Shown one piece after another: positions 60,601-64,000 of a DNA stretch of 64,000 nucleotides. The first letter of the stretch is position 1, and every line of letters begins with the position of its first letter. Origin of the DNA: a virus; the IMG/VR virus record IMGVR_UViG_3300027575_000001, positions 1 to 64,000 of that record; one strand, 5' to 3'. Under the pieces are notes generated by a model. That model searched no databases, was not told the DNA's origin, and saw only the letters and a list, made by a program, of their open reading frames with translations. The position numbers and the translations under genes were made by a program.

Positions 60601-63374
60601 TCGCGCTCTACGCATCGCCGTCTCACGTCGACCAGGCGCGGACTATAGACGAGAAAGCAAAAGCCGATCTCGATAAGCCAAAGCCGCCGCGGCGCGCGAC
60701 AGGATCCACAACGATGTCGTTCCTCGGCACCGGCGCTCTCGACCCCTACGTCACGAGGGTTCTGCAGCCGGTTGTGGACTATGCCAAGAAAGCGGTCGTG
60801 AGCACATGGAAGGAAGCCACAACCGCCGTGAAACGGGCCGGCCAGAGCGGAAAAGCTATGGGGTGGGAAGTGGCCAATACCTTGTTCCCCACCGTGGGCG
60901 TCGATAAGGACGCGCAGGACATCATGGGCAAAGCTCTCGGAGAACCTGCTCTTCGTCTATTCGAAGCCGGGCAATTCCTGCACAGCGTTAATCAGATGTT
61001 CGAACGGATGGAACCCGATGGGCCAGATGGATGGATCGAGTTTGTAGATCGCTGGCAGACCGGCAAAGAGCAGCCTACGCAGGACCTAGAGCAAGCCCAG
61101 CAGTTCATGCAAGAGGTCATGAGCCAGCAGCGCATGCGGGAGAAGGTCGCCGTCAACCTGGGAAAGAAGAAGAGCACCCAAGTCGAACTGAGTGATAAGT
61201 CGAATTATTTCCCGAATCGCTACAAAGTCGCTCCGGGCGGCGAGAAGACGCTGACAGAGGATCAGCAGATCGCGCGTCTCGGCCAGGTGTCCCGCCGGCC
61301 GTTCGAAGGCTCGAAGGCGTTCATGAAGCAGCAGCGTTACACCCTGAAGCAAGCCGTTGAAGAGGGTGCAGTTCCCTTGGGGAATCCTGTCGCGATGCTG
61401 CTGCGGCGTTTGCAGGAGGGTGCGAAATTCGTTGCGGCCCTGTATGCCTGGTACAACTTCAAGGATCAGGGCCTTGCGATGTTCCTGAAAAACGGGAAAA
61501 AGTTGCCCAAGGACTTTAGCTTTGTCGACGACAAGAGCGGCAACGTGTGGCGCGTCGTTGAGGCCGTCGACGGAAATACCTACCCAATTCAAACCGGCCG
61601 CTGGGCGATCCAAAAGGATGCGGCGCGGCTGCTCAATAACTACCTGAGTATCGATCACATCGCTGGCAGTGAGGTTCTCAGTGCGTTCGTCAAGTTGAAG
61701 AATTTCTCGACGGAAATGAAACTTGCAATCTCGGCTTTCCATTGGGCCTACATCACGATCGAGAATATGGCCTCCGGCCTTAACCTTGGGATGGACAAAG
61801 TAATCAACCAAGGTATTCGCGCGCTGGACCCGACCAAAGTGTCGGCAGGACTCGCGGATATTGCGAAGTCGATTGTGGCTCCCTATACGGCAATCAAGCG
61901 CGGTGGCGAGATCATCCAGTACGCTCGGAACCCTGATGAGTTCCTCGAGTCACCCGAGGGCAAGAAATTCGCCGAGCGTTACCCCGATTTCCCGCACCTT
62001 ATGGAGCTGCTTTTCGCCGGCGGCCTGCGGTGGAACATTGCCAGCCAGTTCCAGCAGTCATTCGGAGATCACTGCCTCGACGCCTGGAAGAATGGCGAGA
62101 TCGGCAAAGGCATCGGCAAATTCCTGCCCTGGCTCTCCCACGGGATCATGAGCCCGCTGTTCAGCCACTACATCCCGCGGTCGAAGTGGGCGTTTGCGGT
62201 TGAGCTCCTATCGACCAAGCTCGCACAGTACAGTCAGGCCATCGCGGACGGCGACAAGACCGAGGAAGAGATCGCGCGCGAAGTTGCACAGACCACGGAC
62301 AACCGCTTTGGCGAACTCAATTGGGACTCTCTCTACCTCAACAACGACCTCAAGGGAGCACTTCAATTCTTCTTCCGGTCGGCAACCTGGGCCATTGGCT
62401 CCTGGCGCGGTGCCTACCAGGCGGTCAAAGAGCAGGCCAGTTCAAAGATGTTTGACGACAAAATGTTCCAGCACTTCGATGCGCAAGCCAAAAAGGGAGA
62501 TTGGATCAGCCAAGCCCGGCGCGCCACATCCCGGCTCCCCCAGCTCGGAGTCAACGCTGGCTGGATCTTGTCGATGGCGCTTTTGACGAGTACCTTGGGC
62601 AGCGTAACCGAGAAACTGGCGACAGACAAATATCCGTGGGATTGGGCGCAGCAGGACTCGAAGACCAACGGATTATCACCAGAAGCCAACTCGGCCCTCG
62701 AAGCGATGCACCCGCGCACCGGTGCGCTGGATGAGCACGGCGAGCCGGTCAGAGTCTCGTGGCCGACAGGACTCAAAGATTACGAGCATGGCTTTGAGAG
62801 TCCTGGCCGCTACGCCAAAGGCAAAGTCTCTGACGTCGCCGTGAACGCCTGGGATACCTTCGTTCAGAATCGGGATGCTTTCGGTGACTACGTTTGGAAT
62901 CCCAATGACCCGTTCTACAAAGAGATGTGGCAGGGGCTCAAGTACAACGCCGTTGGCGATCTCACGCCGATGTCGGCCGACAACTGGATGCGCCCCTACG
63001 GCCCGCAGGACACGGCCAGCAAAGCCGAGCGATTCACTGGTATGATCGGCGGCGCACCGCCGGCTCTCGATCGCTCCCACGCGCTTACAGAAGCGCTGGC
63101 GCGGCGTGCAGTCTCTGATCCCCACACCCCGCTGACTCCCGAGCAGCAGGCGGAAAGGGACTATGCCAAGGATCATCCTACGGTGCACAGCGTCCGGCAG
63201 GCGGCGCGCGAGAAGAACCTCACCTACCTCGACCGAGTTTTCAAGGAACTCAACTATACTGACGCTAAGGCGATCTACGACGATCCGAAAACGACAGCGG
63301 CCGAACGGCAGGAGCTTAAGCCCCTGTTGGACAAGAAGCGGATCGACGCTATCCGGTCTGCCAGAAGGAAATAA
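51684..63374 (+). CDS. 3896-aa polyvalent protein (2H phosphoesterase, N6-adenine MTase, strawberry-notch/SNF2-like helicase, ~1400-aa C-terminal region with hydrophobic segments)
   Basis: A single uninterrupted ORF. The domain motifs are listed as separate features below. Confidence 0.85.
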   Translation: MATTPIQLSDSDLDSGSQQAPAQPVSLSSSDIDPQSQPGPVNPYSDAAMVGTAPREGFWHSLGATFGMTPEAAQAQRDEFTRHPVRSTIEDIGGPAVSGAEGLYRGFMRTTDEAGQAVTAAQQGNPYSAAEHAAYALPFVGEGIKRGVEQLGPDGEVTPASVGTALGTAIQTAPMLTGGGEAVKTIETPGEVLPPPGELPPPSSPPPTPPTIEGGGAGGSAPESLQLGGGRGGVATATRTQTTQAPTVIPAKLPLAATLPPELEALQARASQATDAAHAAGQELLKAQRAQRAAQAAGEPVQPIDPELVQRAQYLRAQAQDLNTTAMRTSEEWRKGPSQWEADPAGRQTTVPSPAEVGADYVAKVKSGIPPQIAAAGLGMTRQDQETVHVAAFFTPSAVATAAASNKQPVAPQQTAPTPPPQSPNPVAMQQQAQQATIAETAAQAQGIKAKADDIAMGIPPPKPPQVPMPAGMDQGALTQDTVNLAGSVIMRLPAMQRPVAIRESVGNLANWMLATRTVVAPDGTVVNVDSQKTAQTEAVNVINNEIGRQNELIKAQHDAQQDAAKERQESAQQAQEERDEAIRPTETAKKSTGNAEPVEIPDTPATQKAAVALARAPMDATSEQLDALIRRTATVTMPVRKAMVEREIQRRANRQEDHNQAGMMGEPIPPGQSREELQRWADAVKKGEHPFIHVPANVAWKPAGVEDLTRTPVKGAGTFSGTYYHAKEIEAADIRKAARDKKNPQGELDKLVAKFKGEASPVELKDEDVAQVHKYGNTQADIPDNSDAGRALAALRQTISPADLMGEGLVKDAHITVRYGIDGTDTAGIRAYLEKQAPFQATLGKTTAFPPSEHSDGAAPIVVAVEAADLRRMEKELDQHGKFVERSFPDYKPHATVAYVKPEAAKKYTGLATAEGKTFTVSSVSISKQDGSIEEIAFKGRSPVVTSEAPKGEQPANKPEMKAAEPETKRGEVGMMLAPGETVLTVTGRKTTPFPRVDTSTNGKATNTVKRVDQWLMDNAILEAQSRHDEFNLRQFQQNSQKPSPADKDSAEMYLFDKDSVQPIPKPFLKPLPAPAAKAITALVDEQASQDPTATLDSVLRDKDTGHFVAQALVNDGILTSSAENVNPRNALLTTSARAKVGDALLGELLPAEVIEQTPDFLKQKLLGTMGSIKAIAGAEDGWNLKPHIVAAAERYDQIFRGLDTHEQGPVVEAILKKLDEPIDKMRQAFSSFAVAATNHDPSDKPFFDFNLAFGTELTQEQYEKGLKLVEKAAKGEPVKVSQHTSEMALMRADSTPMLDIHHEPTGWLKVEHDNGTVLVHPHENTMIYFTSKDRRSGTEAMRAKAEAQAYAIDNPVAPKPTGPAGELIVKPLFQQQEAKPLAKGDRVTYRTNKGKERTGEVAWTDGKKVRIADNGSTVNKNIEDVSPVKAASAEESKGEPTGEATLVDALQLKFEHGAGPKDYNGLKKIVTEFDGKEPDQLRMKEAQEAYEAMLNRVASEIITSQAKNFGASTSGNQRVFERLVGLYQGQPNLAIRTSTSIGNQAYSTPLPLAFVADRFAGVDWHSTVYEPTAGNGALLIAANPEKTAANELDPARAQTLKDEGFNVESHDATVWTPNNRYDAVVANPPFGNLPGPVKVDGYNIVKLDHLIAAKALGVMKDAGKAAIILGAGSREEAGEVTNAARPFFNWLYAHYNVVSDFELEGDLYSRQGAAWPVRVIAIDGRVRSAKVSPVADTIPRLKTWEEVYDKAAEYLGSNLEGQRPAGNVAGGAVRAESPDTGAIPGTVAGRNQPADRGESSAGPAGPRSDGGTKLQPGPIQHSGRVPDPGVGTTDSTVRPNGDVARSDRLAEGEPPARVVRRQSAEPDGHPANALSPIDTIVDESNQFQSSYRPHSAKKDVAVMAPKALIGPMQQAMDRVAEEAGDIDEWVTNELGYPDVKTMHEAFMGIQTDAIAAAIHQMQRGKAIVVGDQTGVGKGRVAAAMIRWAELHSHTPVFVTESAPLFSPMYADLQDIGSGQTISPLLFNADASITDARTGSKIFQNPGAMRPVLDRIRETGELPKGRNAVFLTYSQINTDNRQQLTLQRIAENAVFVLDESHNAGGDSNTGNFLSELLTGSKGVVFLSATWAKRPDNLPLYAGKTDISIAIPDRAKVADAIMAGGAPLQAVLTSLLAETGQFVRRERSFDGIEIKNLVDEANKAEDTRISDKVTEVLRAIVKADSMYHNLDFERIKAQAMTRGGGAQSKVQPIQHMEFSSVVHNMVKQLLLALKADTAADEIIASIQRGEKPVFALENTMGAFLDSYIGGHNLKEGDSLKDLDYSRISDRALMRTRYYNETDVQGNKTRVEVPLDDLSAPVREAYDEAQALIDNLKVDLPVSPIDYIRNKVEKAGYKIAEITGRTARIDYSGDTPKLGTVPGIEKKDRVNTATQFNNGGLDALIINRAGSTGISLHASEKFRDQRPRHMIIGQPAGDVNIVMQILGRVNRTGQLVLPRYTFLAVALPAEMRPAINLAKKMKSLNANVSSNTRAATSIQAVDLMNKYGDRTVGQYLFDNPEMSRLLGLSADTNEKGEPGANEGLAMKATGHSALLPVVQQQEFMDSISEAYTNYIDFLDETGQNDLEPRTYDYSARELDSKRMYQGTDSSSPFGQDATYGEYSIKRQGKPFTPEEVMQRIADTSGQEAMKLAPHERDTLAARALAAHFEELYTPYYAGLVAASSMERAQQMRTRGRQLLNDYRVGTGVRIEINGESYNGVVTNIEGAKKPSGNPYAPSSLQFTIAVNSGLRQTKVPGSQMDALVTSNLGRNADVRQLFKDYGSDRQKAKIITGNLLGAFGELKQGAKGRIISFTMEDGTSKLGILMPSKFDINTDVEGTYAMRTPEGAEKFLEENGSYLQSSGSEIGVFGPTNSRDEMEIRTKMSKAASGKFFLDPKLLETVQGGEFASSSGLMKATVKEGHELDALKAIMGKIALYASPSHVDQARTIDEKAKADLDKPKPPRRATGSTTMSFLGTGALDPYVTRVLQPVVDYAKKAVVSTWKEATTAVKRAGQSGKAMGWEVANTLFPTVGVDKDAQDIMGKALGEPALRLFEAGQFLHSVNQMFERMEPDGPDGWIEFVDRWQTGKEQPTQDLEQAQQFMQEVMSQQRMREKVAVNLGKKKSTQVELSDKSNYFPNRYKVAPGGEKTLTEDQQIARLGQVSRRPFEGSKAFMKQQRYTLKQAVEEGAVPLGNPVAMLLRRLQEGAKFVAALYAWYNFKDQGLAMFLKNGKKLPKDFSFVDDKSGNVWRVVEAVDGNTYPIQTGRWAIQKDAARLLNNYLSIDHIAGSEVLSAFVKLKNFSTEMKLAISAFHWAYITIENMASGLNLGMDKVINQGIRALDPTKVSAGLADIAKSIVAPYTAIKRGGEIIQYARNPDEFLESPEGKKFAERYPDFPHLMELLFAGGLRWNIASQFQQSFGDHCLDAWKNGEIGKGIGKFLPWLSHGIMSPLFSHYIPRSKWAFAVELLSTKLAQYSQAIADGDKTEEEIAREVAQTTDNRFGELNWDSLYLNNDLKGALQFFFRSATWAIGSWRGAYQAVKEQASSKMFDDKMFQHFDAQAKKGDWISQARRATSRLPQLGVNAGWILSMALLTSTLGSVTEKLATDKYPWDWAQQDSKTNGLSPEANSALEAMHPRTGALDEHGEPVRVSWPTGLKDYEHGFESPGRYAKGKVSDVAVNAWDTFVQNRDAFGDYVWNPNDPFYKEMWQGLKYNAVGDLTPMSADNWMRPYGPQDTASKAERFTGMIGGAPPALDRSHALTEALARRAVSDPHTPLTPEQQAERDYAKDHPTVHSVRQAAREKNLTYLDRVFKELNYTDAKAIYDDPKTTAAERQELKPLLDKKRIDAIRSARRK
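54050..54560 (+). other. 2H phosphoesterase (LigT/Acb1-fold) domain of the giant protein
   Basis: Two HxT motifs about 80 aa apart: DAHITVRYG (His at about aa 815) and KPHATVAYV (His at about aa 895). Confidence 0.65.
56300..56960 (+). other. gamma-class N6-adenine DNA methyltransferase domain of the giant protein
   Basis: Motif I YEPTAGNGALL (about aa 1572) and motif IV VVANPPFGN (about aa 1629). Confidence 0.75.
57530..59190 (+). other. strawberry-notch-like SF2 helicase domain of the giant protein
   Basis: Walker A GDQTGVGKGR (about aa 1979), DExH VLDESHNAGG (about aa 2099), FLSATWA, NRAGSTGISLHAS and QILGRVNRTGQ (motif VI). Confidence 0.75.
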
Positions 63375-63377
63375 CTG

Positions 63378-63635
63378 ATGACCGTGTGGGCTCAACAGGC
63401 TTTCGATCACGTCCGGCAGGTTGCGCGCAGGAAGAATCTCTTCACGACAGATGACGTGATGGAATCGATGGGCGACATTCCATGTACGGTCGATCGGCAC
63501 GTCATGGGCTCTGTGATGAATCGAGCAGCAGGACTCGGGATCATCCAGAAGACCGATACCTTCGTTCCATGTAAACGCAGAAATCAGCACGGTAGCCCTC
63601 GCCGCGTGTGGAAATCCTTGGAGATAGCAGGATGA
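63378..63635 (+). CDS. hypothetical protein
   Basis: 85-aa ORF. Confidence 0.5.
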   Translation: MTVWAQQAFDHVRQVARRKNLFTTDDVMESMGDIPCTVDRHVMGSVMNRAAGLGIIQKTDTFVPCKRRNQHGSPRRVWKSLEIAG

Positions 63636-64000
63636 CGCAGGACCCTGAAAAGCCCCTCATGCCCCGGCGCCCGATAACCGCCTCTGACCCCTTGCGTCCT
63701 GTTGCTCACCGCAAACCTGAGAAGCTGAAACCCCTACGCAAGCGGGATAAGGCGAACCCCGAGCAAATCGAAGCCGACTGCTTGAGTCTCACTGTGATCG
63801 AAAAGGCTTGTGCCATCATCTGCGTCGAGAAAGACAAAGAATCCGCGGCCATCGAACTGAACATGAGCCTGACCGAAGTGCAGGAAATCCTCGACTCGGC
63901 ACCGGTACGCTTGTTCCTATCGAAGTTGCAGGACGAGGAAATCAAGGAACTGGCGAAGACCAAGGTTCGCAGGATGCGCAAAGTCGGCATCTGCAAAGCG
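63632..64000 (+). CDS. 5' part of a probable small terminase subunit (open to the window end)
   Basis: ATG at 63632 overlaps the upstream stop (ATGA). 123 codons with no stop. The segment AAIELNMSLTEVQEILD is HTH-like and the position at the end of the late module fits. Not in the ORF track because it has no stop. Confidence 0.35.
   Translation, partial: MTQDPEKPLMPRRPITASDPLRPVAHRKPEKLKPLRKRDKANPEQIEADCLSLTVIEKACAIICVEKDKESAAIELNMSLTEVQEILDSAPVRLFLSKLQDEEIKELAKTKVRRMRKVGICKA

Noticed and set aside
51684-63374. The giant ORF as an N4-like virion RNA polymerase (similar size and position).
   Set aside because: The recognisable motifs are those of a methyltransferase, an SF2 helicase and a 2H phosphoesterase. 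I found no single-subunit RNAP-like motifs by eye. This remains untested by HMM for the unassigned ~1400-aa C-terminus.
176-63536. CAGGACTC enrichment as a side effect of codon usage or of a favoured peptide.
   Set aside because: The motif keeps the same DNA-strand orientation in genes of opposite direction. It is therefore read as A/T-G-L in one set and as S-P-A/V (with AGT and CCT codons) in the other. It also occurs in intergenic DNA. A translational explanation would predict orientation tracking the coding strand.

Overview
The whole window reads as one contiguous piece of a tailed dsDNA phage or prophage. GC looks high by eye. I saw no rRNA, tRNA, CRISPR array, integrase or transposase. 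All calls come from reading motifs by eye, with no database search, and most small ORFs remain hypothetical.

Layout:
- 1-16.1 kb, minus strand: a tightly packed, translationally coupled early, replication and recombination arm. It holds a DnaB-like helicase, two HNH nucleases, a Lar-like restriction-alleviation protein, a radical-SAM enzyme, an SbcC/SMC-like ATPase, a Cas4/RecB-like exonuclease, a putative annealing protein and many tiny membrane or Zn-ribbon ORFs.
- 16.1-22.9 kb, plus strand: a divergent control region with operator-like repeats, then an operon of small membrane and Tat-signal proteins ending in an FtsK/HerA-superfamily ATPase with two C-terminal winged-helix-like repeats. 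A ~570 bp ORF-poor segment follows and is closed by a strong terminator.
- 22.9-64 kb, plus strand: the late module. It runs from a 1531-aa tail fibre/depolymerase (SGNH esterase plus pectate-lyase-like beta-helix) through a lysis cassette (lambda-R-type endolysin), putative portal, scaffold, major capsid, tail and internal-virion proteins, and a 3896-aa polyvalent protein (2H phosphoesterase, N6-adenine MTase, strawberry-notch/SNF2-like helicase). It ends with the start of a probable small terminase.
- Two minus-strand morons sit inside the late module behind duplicated promoter/leader cassettes. One is a beta-class DNA MTase and the other an MmcB-like PD-(D/E)xK nuclease.

Most striking observations:
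1. The octamer CAGGACTC occurs at least 33 times on the + strand and 12 times on the - strand, against about 1 expected per strand. It keeps its DNA-strand orientation regardless of gene direction.
2. A conserved decamer GTGYTACTCT lies 6-10 nt (up to ~70 nt) upstream of six late-gene starts that mostly lack a Shine-Dalgarno sequence.
3. A 7 kb island covering the tail fibre and lysis genes is almost devoid of the abundant motif.
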